From NCBI GenBank assembly GCA_046725875.1, contig JBKOZJ010000128.1, positions 1 to 47,450 of the forward strand: a stretch of 47,450 nt of DNA, in the 5' to 3' direction. The position numbers were made by a program, and so were the translations under genes. The DNA is from Actinomycetota bacterium. GTDB taxonomy: Bacteria; Actinomycetota; Actinomycetes; JAKEEW01. Shown here piece by piece: positions 38,749-47,450 of this stretch; position 1 is the stretch's first letter, and each line of letters opens with the position of its first letter. Under the pieces are notes generated by a model. That model was given only the letters and a program-made list of their open reading frames with translations, was not told the origin of the DNA and searched no databases.

Positions 38749-38877
38749 ATGGGCAAACGCGACGACGACCCGCTGCCGATCAAGTGCCCCAACTGTGGCG
38801 GAAGTGGCCGCATCAGGCCGGACAACCTGAACCCGCGCGGAATCTGTCCCTGGTGCAAAGGCAGCGGCCGCGGCTAG
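38749..38877 (+). CDS. 42-aa DnaJ-type zinc-finger microprotein
   Basis: MGKRDDDPLPIKCPNCGGSG...CPWCKGSGRG has two CxxCxGxG motifs; TACGAT lies 7 nt before the ATG. Confidence 0.65.
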   Translation: MGKRDDDPLPIKCPNCGGSGRIRPDNLNPRGICPWCKGSGRG

Positions 38878-38973
38878 GGCCGCCGCGAAGGTGGCATCGG
38901 CCATACCGCCCCTACCACCCGGGCAAACGCCGGCCCAGACGCGGTCATTCGTGCCATCCGGGACACTGTACGG

Positions 38974-40206
38974 ATGACCCCACCGTCCGTTGCGCCCGCC
39001 GATACCGCCGCAAAGACTTCATTGAACCGCGCTGACCTGCATCCGGAAACCCGGGCAGTCCACGTCAGCGTCCCAATGCCGGTGCGGGGCGAGCCACTGA
39101 GCGTTCCGATCTTCCAGACGACGACATACGCATTCGACGATCCGGACCTCATCGCCGAGGCAATGACCCGCCCCGACGCCGGCTACACGTACACCCGCTA
39201 CGGCAACCCCACGGTTCGCGCGCTCGAAGCGGCCGTCGCGGAGCTCGAAGGAGGCACGGCGGCCTTGGCCACAAGCTCGGGGATGGGCGCGATCAACTCC
39301 ATATTGATGGGCCTGGTGCGCACCGGCGATCATGTCGTAGCGCAGCGTTGTCTGTACGGCGGAAGCTACGCCACGCTGAACCACCTGCGGGACGACTTCG
39401 GCGTCGATGTCACGTTCGTCGGCGGCGCCGACCCCGCCGAGATCCGGGCAGCGCTGCGGCCGAGGACCCGCTTGCTCTATCTCGAGACGATCGCGAACCC
39501 CATGACCCAGGTCGCCGACATCCCCGCACTCGCTGCCCTGGCCAAGGCCGGGGGTGTGGTCACCGTCGTGGACAACACCTTCGCCTCACCGGTCCTGTGC
39601 CGGCCAATTGAGCACGGAGCCGACATCGTCATCCACTCAACTACCAAGTACCTGGGCGGCCACTCGGACGTAACCGGCGGCATCGCCGTCTTCGCAGACG
39701 AGGCGTTGTATCGCTCCCTCTGGACCCGGTTCATCGAATTCGGTGTCACCGCCGACCCCTTCGCGGCCTGGCTCACCCTGCGCGGCCTCGCCACCCTTAC
39801 CCTTCGGGTCCGGCAGCAGTGTGAGAACGCGCACTACCTCACCAGCCGGCTTGCGGACCATCCCGCCGTGTCGGCGGTCCACTGGCCCGGCCTGCCCGAT
39901 CATCCCAACGTCGATCTGGCCGACCGGATCCTGTCCGACGCGGGCGGCGTCTTCTCCTTCGACCTGGCCCGCGGACGCGAGGCGGGGCGTGAGTTCGTTC
40001 GTCGAGTTCGGCTAGCCAAGCTCGCGGCCTCGCTCGGCGGAACCGAGACCCTGGTCTTGCATCCCGCCAGCACCTCGCACCGGATGCTGTCCGCGGTCGA
40101 GCTGAAGGAAGCCGAGATCGGTGCGGGGACGATCCGAGTCGCCGTCGGCATCGAGCATCCGGCCGATGTCTGGTCCGACTTCGACCAGGCACTCCACGGG
40201 CTCTAG
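38974..40206 (+). CDS. PLP-dependent trans-sulfuration enzyme (cystathionine gamma-synthase/Met gamma-lyase family)
   Basis: YTRYGNPT, SSGMGAI, LYGG, DNTFA, STTKYLGGHSD, SLGGTETL. Confidence 0.92.
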   Translation: MTPPSVAPADTAAKTSLNRADLHPETRAVHVSVPMPVRGEPLSVPIFQTTTYAFDDPDLIAEAMTRPDAGYTYTRYGNPTVRALEAAVAELEGGTAALATSSGMGAINSILMGLVRTGDHVVAQRCLYGGSYATLNHLRDDFGVDVTFVGGADPAEIRAALRPRTRLLYLETIANPMTQVADIPALAALAKAGGVVTVVDNTFASPVLCRPIEHGADIVIHSTTKYLGGHSDVTGGIAVFADEALYRSLWTRFIEFGVTADPFAAWLTLRGLATLTLRVRQQCENAHYLTSRLADHPAVSAVHWPGLPDHPNVDLADRILSDAGGVFSFDLARGREAGREFVRRVRLAKLAASLGGTETLVLHPASTSHRMLSAVELKEAEIGAGTIRVAVGIEHPADVWSDFDQALHGL

Positions 40207-40227
40207 TCCCACCCGGCGGCGCGTCCC

Positions 40228-43164
40228 CTAGGCAGGTTGGCGGCTCTCCTCCTCGAGGAGGCCAGCGCGATGGGCCATCGCGGCGGCCTCGCCGCGTCCG
40301 GACACCCCGAGCTTGGCCAGGATGTTCGACACGTGAACGCTTGCGGTCTTCGCTGTGATGAAAAGCTCCTCGCCGATCTGGCGGTTGCTCCGGCCCGCCG
40401 CGACCAGCCGCAGCACATCACGCTCCCGCTGGGTGAGGCTGAGGCCGCCATCCGAGCCGCCACTGGCCACCTCGTTGAGCAACGGCATCCGGGCGCGGCG
40501 GCTGAGGTCTTCGACCCAGCCCCGGACCAGACCCGCTCCCAGCCGATCGGCATCCGTCGCCGCCTCGCGCAGCGCCTCGGTGGCAGCCGCCCGGTCGCCG
40601 TCCGCTGCGAATGCCTCCCCTAGGCGATACCAGCCGTAAGGGCGCAGGTAAGCGGGCCCGCCCGCGGCCGCAACCTCGTCGAGAACCTGGCGCCACGCCA
40701 CCGTCGCCGGACCGTAACTCGCCGAGCCATCCGAGAGATCGACCACCGCCCGCGGCTCCCGGTCGGCCAACTCGGCGATCACGACGCTGCGCCAAACCCC
40801 TGCCGGTCCCCAGTCCTTGGCTGCGGCGGCCGTCTCGCGGATCCGCTCAGCCTCATCGGGGGAGCCACGGCGGGCAGCCGCCTTGGCTGCAACGGCAAGC
40901 ATTCGCATGTCGTAACCAGTGGCGCGAGGCTCGTCCAGCGCGGTGAGTGCCTCAGCCCAGGCAGCGTCGACGTTGTCCTTGGCCAGTGCGATCTCCGTGG
41001 CGAGCACGGCGGTGGGGATGGCATAGCCGGCGCCAGGGCTTCGCCTGGCCATGCGCTCCTTGAGTTCGACCAGCGAACGGCCGGCCGCATGGACATCGCC
41101 GCGCCACAGCTCAAGCCAGGACCGCAACATGAGCAGATGCCATATATGCCGAACCGGGGGGTCGAGGTCGAGTGCGCGGCGGACGAGGCGCTCGGCCTCA
41201 TCCCACTCTCCGAGCGCGATCAGCGGGTCGGCCGCGTTGCCGGCCAACATCGCGCCCAGTGTGCGCGCGAGTCCCAGCTCCTGCGCACAGCGGATGCCCA
41301 TCCGGGCGGCGTCGACCGCCTCTCGATAACGGCCGAGGAGGTTGAGGGCATCCGAAAGGTTGAGGTAGTAGGAAACAAGCATCTCCGGAGCGTCGCCCGC
41401 CGCGGCGCGGGCGGATGCGAAGGCTGCCATTCCCTCGTCGATGCGGCCCAGGTGAATTAGGGCTGGGCCACGGACGTTGTGCGCCCGGAACAGTGGATTG
41501 GTGGCGCCTGCCGCAGTGGCCAGCTTGGCCGCATCGACGGCGACCTCGGCGGCCTCGGTGAAACTTGCCTGCATCATGAGCTGGGAGGCGAGCAGCTGGG
41601 TCAGCCGCGCCCTGGGCTCGAGCGGGGATTCGGCCGGAAGCGCCGCCAGCCCATCCTTCGCGACCTTGATCGACTCGGATCGCCCTAGATCGTTAAGGAT
41701 CTTGCTCTTGTAGTGCACGATCATCGCCCACTGTGTGGCGTCGGTATCGAGATCGACCTCGGCGAGGGCCGCATCGATCAAAGCAAGAGCGCGTTCAAGC
41801 TCGCCTGCGTCGAATGCCGCCGAGGCGGCGCGGACGAGGATCTCAGCGTGGTCGGCGCCGGCGGCACCAGCTGGATCATTGACACGGTCCCAGAGCTCCA
41901 GAGCCCGCTCGAACAGCTTCTGCGCCTCGGCGTGCGCATAGCTTCGCCCCGCGTCGTCGGCGGCGACCAACGCGGCGCGAAAGGCGCGCTCGAGCTCGTG
42001 CGCCGCATACCAGTGGTGGGCGATCTCGGCGATGGCCGAGGACCCGTCGAGCAAACCCGGCCGCTCCTCCAGCACCTCGGCATAACGCTTGTGCAGCCGC
42101 ACGTGAACTCCGGGCAGGAGGTCATCGTGCAGGACCTCCCGCAGCAGCGCGTGCCGAAAGGCGTATCCCTCGCCGTCGACCCGAATGACGTGGGCCGACA
42201 CCGCCTCGAGCAGGGCCTGATCAAGCTCCGCTGCCTTCAGGTCGGACACCTCGGCAAGCACGGCGTGGTCGACTCGGTTGCCTCCCACGGCCAGCAGGCG
42301 GAGTGTCGACTGGGCGGTATCGGAGAGTTGCTCAACGCCGACGAGCAGCAGGTCGCGCAGCGAGTCTGGGAGCGGCCGACAGCCGTCGTCGATCTCACCG
42401 CGCGCCAGCTCCTCGACGAAGAACGGGATCCCGCCGCTGCGCTCATACACCCTCGCCACGGTCTCGGCCGCGACCTGCTGCCCGATGATCCCGGCTAGCT
42501 GCTCCCCCACCTCAGCCTGGGAGAGCCGAGGAACTTCCAGTCGCTCTACGTTGCGTACCCGATCAAGCTCGGCGAGGAACCGACGCAGCGGGTGCGTCCG
42601 GTTGACCTCGTCACTGCGATAGCTGTAGACCAGCATCAACCGCGTCGAACTCAGCGCGCGCACCAAGAACCTCAGCAGGTCTCGGGTCGAGCCGTCTGCC
42701 CAGTGGATGTCCTCGACAACGACCAACAGGGGTTGCTCCGCGGACGCCTGCTCGAGGAGGACGGCGACGACCTCGAACAGCCGGCCCCGGCCGTAGTCGG
42801 CCGACGGATCGCTGAGGCCGAGCTGCGGAACGAGGGCGGCCAGCGCGGATCGCCCGGGACCAGCCAGCTCGAGCACGTGCTCGGCGCCGAGCTGCCCGAC
42901 GAGATCGCGCAGCGCTGCCGCAACCGGGGCATACGGTGGGCCGTCGCCGCCCAGCTCGACGCACTGGGCCAGGACAACCCGGACACCGCGGCTAGCGGCC
43001 TCCCGGCTGAACTCACCGATCAGCCGGGTCTTCCCGACACCGGCCTCGCCACCGAGCAGAACCGTGACCGCCTCGCCGCCCGCGGTCGTGGTTAGGGCGG
43101 ATCGCAGCTCGTCAAGCTCCGCGATCCGCCCCACCATGCCAGGACTGCTAAGGGCGGCGGGCAT
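40228..43164 (-). CDS. Large ATP-binding LuxR-family transcriptional regulator
   Basis: GEAGVGKT, VVEDIHWAD, GIPFFVEE, TPR-like middle, C-terminal LTQRE..VL...TASVHVSNILAKLG; start at 43164 or 43173. Confidence 0.93.
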   Translation of the reverse strand: MPAALSSPGMVGRIAELDELRSALTTTAGGEAVTVLLGGEAGVGKTRLIGEFSREAASRGVRVVLAQCVELGGDGPPYAPVAAALRDLVGQLGAEHVLELAGPGRSALAALVPQLGLSDPSADYGRGRLFEVVAVLLEQASAEQPLLVVVEDIHWADGSTRDLLRFLVRALSSTRLMLVYSYRSDEVNRTHPLRRFLAELDRVRNVERLEVPRLSQAEVGEQLAGIIGQQVAAETVARVYERSGGIPFFVEELARGEIDDGCRPLPDSLRDLLLVGVEQLSDTAQSTLRLLAVGGNRVDHAVLAEVSDLKAAELDQALLEAVSAHVIRVDGEGYAFRHALLREVLHDDLLPGVHVRLHKRYAEVLEERPGLLDGSSAIAEIAHHWYAAHELERAFRAALVAADDAGRSYAHAEAQKLFERALELWDRVNDPAGAAGADHAEILVRAASAAFDAGELERALALIDAALAEVDLDTDATQWAMIVHYKSKILNDLGRSESIKVAKDGLAALPAESPLEPRARLTQLLASQLMMQASFTEAAEVAVDAAKLATAAGATNPLFRAHNVRGPALIHLGRIDEGMAAFASARAAAGDAPEMLVSYYLNLSDALNLLGRYREAVDAARMGIRCAQELGLARTLGAMLAGNAADPLIALGEWDEAERLVRRALDLDPPVRHIWHLLMLRSWLELWRGDVHAAGRSLVELKERMARRSPGAGYAIPTAVLATEIALAKDNVDAAWAEALTALDEPRATGYDMRMLAVAAKAAARRGSPDEAERIRETAAAAKDWGPAGVWRSVVIAELADREPRAVVDLSDGSASYGPATVAWRQVLDEVAAAGGPAYLRPYGWYRLGEAFAADGDRAAATEALREAATDADRLGAGLVRGWVEDLSRRARMPLLNEVASGGSDGGLSLTQRERDVLRLVAAGRSNRQIGEELFITAKTASVHVSNILAKLGVSGRGEAAAMAHRAGLLEEESRQPA

Positions 43165-43226
43165 GTCATTCATCGTGCCACCCACCACCGACAGCGGCGG
43201 ACCAATTTTGGTCCGCTCGCCGCCGG

Positions 43227-43490
43227 TCACGCCGCGCACCGGAGAAGATCCACTGACGTGTCCTTGCTGCCAAGCTCAGGATTGCCGGTCCGCTGCTCAG
43301 CCGACGGGTGCTCCCGCTGCCGCGGGATCTGTGCCGGCCGCCGCGGGCCGCCGCGACTTCGTAGGGCGCGGGCGGACGTGCGAATCGACCCGATCATCCT
43401 TGCCAGACGGTAGGCCTGCGCCTCCTCGCGCAGCCCCACGGAGCGCTCCTCCGACACCAGCCTGGTGAAGTAGTCGTTGGTGATGGTCAT
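43227..43490 (-). CDS. Small hypothetical protein upstream of the LuxR regulator
   Basis: RBS ggagg; MTITNDYF...EER...LREEAQAYRLAR. Confidence 0.6.
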   Translation of the reverse strand: MTITNDYFTRLVSEERSVGLREEAQAYRLARMIGSIRTSARALRSRGGPRRPAQIPRQREHPSAEQRTGNPELGSKDTSVDLLRCAA

Positions 43491-43641
43491 TGCTGCCTCC
43501 TCGAACACCGTCTCCTTCGACAGGTTCGAGACTGCTCCCTAAGGCAGACCGGCCACATTGGGAGATCGCCTGGTCTTTCCCGGTCAGGGGCCTTAGATGA
43601 GCTGACCGAGGACCGCTTGAACTACTAAGGCACCGGCTCGG

Positions 43642-44889
43642 TCATCCCGCCAGCGCGGCGAGTCGGCGCTTGAGCAGGTCTTGCTCTGGCGTATTGGCCG
43701 TCCGGCCGATCGCCGTCTCGTAGGCCCGGGCCGCCTCGGTGGTCCGGCCCACCCGGAGCAGCAGGTCGGCCCGGACGGCGTGGAAGAGGTAGTAGGTATC
43801 AAGATCGAGCGCGTCCACCGCGGCGAGCGCCTCTGCCGGTCCGGCAACCTCAGCCAACGCGACCGCCCGGTGCAATGCAACGACCGGCGTCGGCGTCAGC
43901 GCGAAGAGCTGGTCGTAGAGCTGCAGGATCTGGCCCCAGTCGGTGTCGGAGGCCGTCGTCGCATCGGTGTGAACAGCGTTGATCGCCGCCTGGATCTGGT
44001 ACGGACCGGGCTGATTCCGTCTTAGGCACTCCCGGACGATCGCCTGACCCTCCCCGATAAGGTCCAGGTCCCACAGCCCTCTGTCCTGTTCAGCAAGCAG
44101 CACGATTGCGCCATCGGGCGTCGCGCGGGCCGGCCGCCGCGACTCGGTCAGCAGCATCAATGCGAGCAGGCCCATGACCTCGGGCTCGTCCGGCATCAGC
44201 TCGGCGAGCAGCCGACCGAGCCGGATCGCCTCCGCGCAGAGGTCTGCACGGTCGAGCCGATCGCCGCTGGTCGTCGCGTACCCCTCGTTGAAGATGAGGT
44301 AGATCACCGTCAGCGCTGCGCCCAGGCGATCGGGCAGCTGCTCTGCGCGTGGCGCCCTGTACGGAATCCGTGCGTCACGGATCTTGCCCTTCGCCCGTAC
44401 CAGCCGTTGGGCCATCGTGGGTTCCGGCACGAGGAAGGCCCGCGCGATCTCTGCAGTGGTCAAGCCACCGAGCAGCCGCAGCGTCAGGGCCACCCGCGAT
44501 GCTGGCGCCAGCGCTGGATGGCAACAAGTGAAGATGAGGCGCAACCGCTCGTCCGGCACCGCGTCCTCCTCGCCCGGTTCGTACGGTCCCTCGGAATCAG
44601 TGAGCAGCGCGGCCTGCGCATGCTTGTCCGCGCGCACGGCTTCCCGGCGGAGCCGGTCGATGGCGCGGTTGCGCGCGGTCGTGATGATCCAGCCCGCCGG
44701 GCGCGGCGGAAGGCCGGTTGCCGGCCATCGCTCTATGGCTGCGGTGAACGCCTCCTGGGCTGCCTCCTCCGCGACGTCGATGTCGCCGAAGGAGCGGACC
44801 AGCACGGCCACCGCCCGCCCATACTCGGCCCGGAACACTCTCTCGATGTCCGCCCGAGTTACCGGGTCTGGCGTATCAGTCGAGAGCAT
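43642..44889 (-). CDS. ECF sigma factor with C-terminal TPR extension (ECF42-like)
   Basis: AEEA.QEAF..A...WP, ARNRAID, LIFTCCHPAL, IFNEGY, GPYQIQAAI; adjacent to a YciI gene. Confidence 0.9.
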   Translation of the reverse strand: MLSTDTPDPVTRADIERVFRAEYGRAVAVLVRSFGDIDVAEEAAQEAFTAAIERWPATGLPPRPAGWIITTARNRAIDRLRREAVRADKHAQAALLTDSEGPYEPGEEDAVPDERLRLIFTCCHPALAPASRVALTLRLLGGLTTAEIARAFLVPEPTMAQRLVRAKGKIRDARIPYRAPRAEQLPDRLGAALTVIYLIFNEGYATTSGDRLDRADLCAEAIRLGRLLAELMPDEPEVMGLLALMLLTESRRPARATPDGAIVLLAEQDRGLWDLDLIGEGQAIVRECLRRNQPGPYQIQAAINAVHTDATTASDTDWGQILQLYDQLFALTPTPVVALHRAVALAEVAGPAEALAAVDALDLDTYYLFHAVRADLLLRVGRTTEAARAYETAIGRTANTPEQDLLKRRLAALAG

Positions 44890-44897
44890 GACGCTTC

Positions 44898-45245
44898 TCA
44901 GGCCGCGTAGTACGCGAGCGGCCGTACTTCGATCGGCAGCGTCGTCGCCTCGGCGGCCTTCGTGGCCCAGTCGAGGGCGGCGTCCAGGTCGGGCGCGGAA
45001 ATGATCCAGAGGCCACCGATGTGCTCCTTGCCCTCGACATACGGACCATCGGTGATGAGCGGGTCGCCGTCCTTTGCCCGTACAACGGTCGCCGTGCTCG
45101 CCGGGTGTAGTCCCGCGGTGAAGACCCACGCGCCCGCCTCCCGGATTTCCTGATTCAGGACCTCGAGATCCGCCATCACCTTTTCGAGGAGCTCGGGCAC
45201 CGGAGTGCCTTCAGGCTGATAGATGCTGAGCAGGTACTGAGTCAT
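44898..45245 (-). CDS. YciI/DGPF-family protein
   Basis: TDGPYVEGKEHIGG, IEVRP; RBS ggagga. Confidence 0.9.
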   Translation of the reverse strand: MTQYLLSIYQPEGTPVPELLEKVMADLEVLNQEIREAGAWVFTAGLHPASTATVVRAKDGDPLITDGPYVEGKEHIGGLWIISAPDLDAALDWATKAAEATTLPIEVRPLAYYAA

Positions 45246-45334
45246 CGCTGTTCCTCCACTGTCGTCGGCGCGTTGGCCTCTCACCCCCTATACGAAGTCA
45301 CATCGCGCAGCTCGACACGCTCCGTCGAAGACTG

Positions 45335-46249
45335 TTGCGCCAGGGGCGCGCATGGATCCGCTCGTACCTTCCAACTGCTCAGCTCGGCGGCTCCGTGTCG
45401 AGGTATGAGTTCAGCGATCATGCTCCCGCGGCCGAGGGACGGTTTGGGCCATCGCCATGGAAGCCGAACCCCGAGGCGGGGCATTGGCAGCCGTTGCTGA
45501 ACCCGGACGGCACCCCAGTGCTCGACCCGACCCCGTGGGTCGGCGAGGTGCGGCCGTTCCTGATGCAAAGCTCGTCGCAGCTCCGCACCGACGGCCCGCA
45601 GGCATTGAGCAGCGCCGCCTGGGCGGAGGACTTCAATGAGGTCAAGGCCCTCGGCTCGGTAAACAGCACGGCCCGCACCGCTGAGCAGACACACATTGCG
45701 CTGTTCTGGCAGAGCGCGGGGGGTCCGGCCCTGCAGTGGAACGGTGTCGCCCGGTCCCTGGTCGAGGATCCGGCCTACGGAGTGGACCTTGACGACAGCG
45801 CCCTCCTGTTCGCGATGGAGGACCTGGCCGCCGCGGACGCGGCGATCAACTGCTGGAACGACAAGTACTACTGGGACTTCTGGCGGCCCTGGCAGGCAAT
45901 CCACGAGGCAGACCGGGACGGCAACCCGGCCACCCAGCCGGACCCATCCTGGACGGCACTGCTCACCGCGCCCTACCCCGAGCACCCATCCGGCCACCTC
46001 TGTGTGGACGGCGCCCACCTGGGGGTGCTGCGGATGTTCTTCGGCACCGACAAGGTCCGGTTCGGCGTGACCAGTTCCCGGTTCCCGGGGGAGATCCGCT
46101 ACTTCGATCGATTCTCGGAGCCGCTCAAGGAGATCATCGACGCCCGCATCTGGGCCGGCCTGCACTACCGCACCGCCGACGTACAAGCCCAGATCCTCGG
46201 CGGGAAGGTCGCCCACTACACGGCGAAGCACTACTTCCAGCCAGTGTGA
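45335..46249 (+). pseudogene. Vanadium-haloperoxidase/PAP2-family gene, apparently 5'-truncated
   Basis: KYYWDFWRP, PEHPSGH and RIWAGLHY motifs; no credible RBS, signal peptide or N-terminal domain. Confidence 0.7.
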
Positions 46250-46357
46250 CGGCTGGCATCCACGCCAGGCGGCCGCTCCATGCGGCCGCCTGGCTGGTCT
46301 CACTCTCGACATCGTGCTGCCCGGACGGGGAATGGCGTCCGACCGTATGCTCCCGGC

Positions 46358-46750
46358 GTGGACGTGTTGGCAGCGGCGCGCCGGTGGCGGGATACGTGGC
46401 AGCGAGCGTGGCCGGAACGTGACGTCGAGGCGATCGTCGCTCTCTACGCGGACGGCTGCCGTTACCGAGCGCTGGTGTTCCGAGAGCCCGATCGTGGTCT
46501 TGACGGTGTCCGCCACTACCTCACGGAGAACTTTGCTGTCGAACAGGACATCGAGTGCTGGTTTGGCGAACCGATTGCGGCGGGCAATCGGGCTGCGGTC
46601 GAGTGGTGGGCAACCTGGGTCGAGCAAGGTCAGCAGCTCACCCTCGCGGGTACGACGATCCTTCGGTTCGCCGGCGACGGCCAGATCGTCGACCACCGCG
46701 ACTACTGGAGTCAGGTCGAACGCCGTGAGCCACCCTTTCCCGGCTGGTGA
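46358..46750 (+). CDS. NTF2/SnoaL-like protein
   Basis: AW..RDVEAIVALYA, RAAVEWWA, IVDHRDYW; TATGCT 6 nt before the GTG. Confidence 0.85.
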   Translation: MDVLAAARRWRDTWQRAWPERDVEAIVALYADGCRYRALVFREPDRGLDGVRHYLTENFAVEQDIECWFGEPIAAGNRAAVEWWATWVEQGQQLTLAGTTILRFAGDGQIVDHRDYWSQVERREPPFPGW

Positions 46751-46765
46751 CTCGCGCACCTGGCA

Positions 46766-47449
46766 TTAGCGAAGCAATCCAGCAATAAGGTTCACCGAGC
46801 CGCCAATGATGACCGCGCCAAAGAGATACGACAGAAGAGCGTGGGACAGCACCGTGCGCCGGATCAGCGGAGCTCGCACGGCCGTGTCGGATACCTGATA
46901 TGTCATGCCGATCGTGAAAGCGACGTAGGCAAAGTCGCGGTAGCTGGGCGGATCTTGTCCGCTGGAGTCGGGGAAGGCGATGCCTGTGGCCGCCGACCTG
47001 TAATACAGGTGGGCATAGTGCAGGGTGTAGACGGTGTTGTTCACCGTCCACGACACCAAGACGGTGAACACGGCCACGGCGATGGGCAGGGCACGCTCTG
47101 ACCCGTTCTCCCGACTGGCAAAGATAAGGGCGGCGCCCACACCTAGGAGGCTGGCAACGCTCGCCGCTAGGAGCAGCACCGCGGCGGATCCCCGATTTTC
47201 GTCCTCACGTGTTGAGAGCTGCTTGGCTTGCGCGCTGTCCGCCCGGAAGATGATCGGCCAGATGGTCAGAAGGTAGGCAACCGCCGCGGCGTCCCAGCCC
47301 AGGACCGCAGCCAACTGCCACGGTGCGGCCCACCCGAGCAAAAGACCGACGACCAGCCCGATGAACGCCGCCACGAGGACTCGCCGCAGTGAAGAGGCGT
47401 TCCAGCCCATCCATCGGTGATACAGCGTCACCGTTGGAGTTCGGATCAC
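46766..47449 (-). CDS. DUF1345-like membrane protein (start uncertain, possibly 47410)
   Basis: GWD, LHYAHLYY, PSYRDFAYVAFTIGMTYQVSDT, IRRTVLSHALLSYLFG. Confidence 0.85.
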   Translation of the reverse strand: MIRTPTVTLYHRWMGWNASSLRRVLVAAFIGLVVGLLLGWAAPWQLAAVLGWDAAAVAYLLTIWPIIFRADSAQAKQLSTREDENRGSAAVLLLAASVASLLGVGAALIFASRENGSERALPIAVAVFTVLVSWTVNNTVYTLHYAHLYYRSAATGIAFPDSSGQDPPSYRDFAYVAFTIGMTYQVSDTAVRAPLIRRTVLSHALLSYLFGAVIIGGSVNLIAGLLR

Positions 47450-47450
47450 T

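Noticed and set aside
45281..46759. 492-aa minus-strand ORF
   Set aside because: Antisense shadow of the haloperoxidase-like and SnoaL-like genes, typical of high-GC codon bias.

Overview
High-GC actinobacterial chromosomal window. A conserved core (map; rnpB; RNase H/phosphatase, zinc-ribbon and Nif3-like genes) is interleaved with accessory modules. In order: a histone-like basic protein tail, map, a potassium locus (kdpDE, an in-frame KdpA/KdpC deletion fusion, kdpF, a small membrane peptide, a KimA-like importer), a carbamoyltransferase/DMFase-like/metallo-hydrolase cluster, a secreted BNR-repeat protein, and corA with a candidate uORF attenuator. Next come a decayed ~3 kb island integrated at the 3' end of rnpB and a divergent locus with tandem IdeR/DtxR iron boxes. 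That locus couples glycosylation genes (GT2-flippase, epimerase, GT-C-like membrane protein) to a (Gly-Ser)9 lipoprotein and an FTR1 iron permease. The right end holds trpB2, a heterodimeric ABC exporter, a zinc-finger microprotein, a trans-sulfuration enzyme, a LuxR-ATPase regulator, an ECF sigma/YciI pair, a truncated vanadium haloperoxidase-like gene, and SnoaL-like and DUF1345-like genes. Family calls come from motif recognition by eye; no database searches were run.
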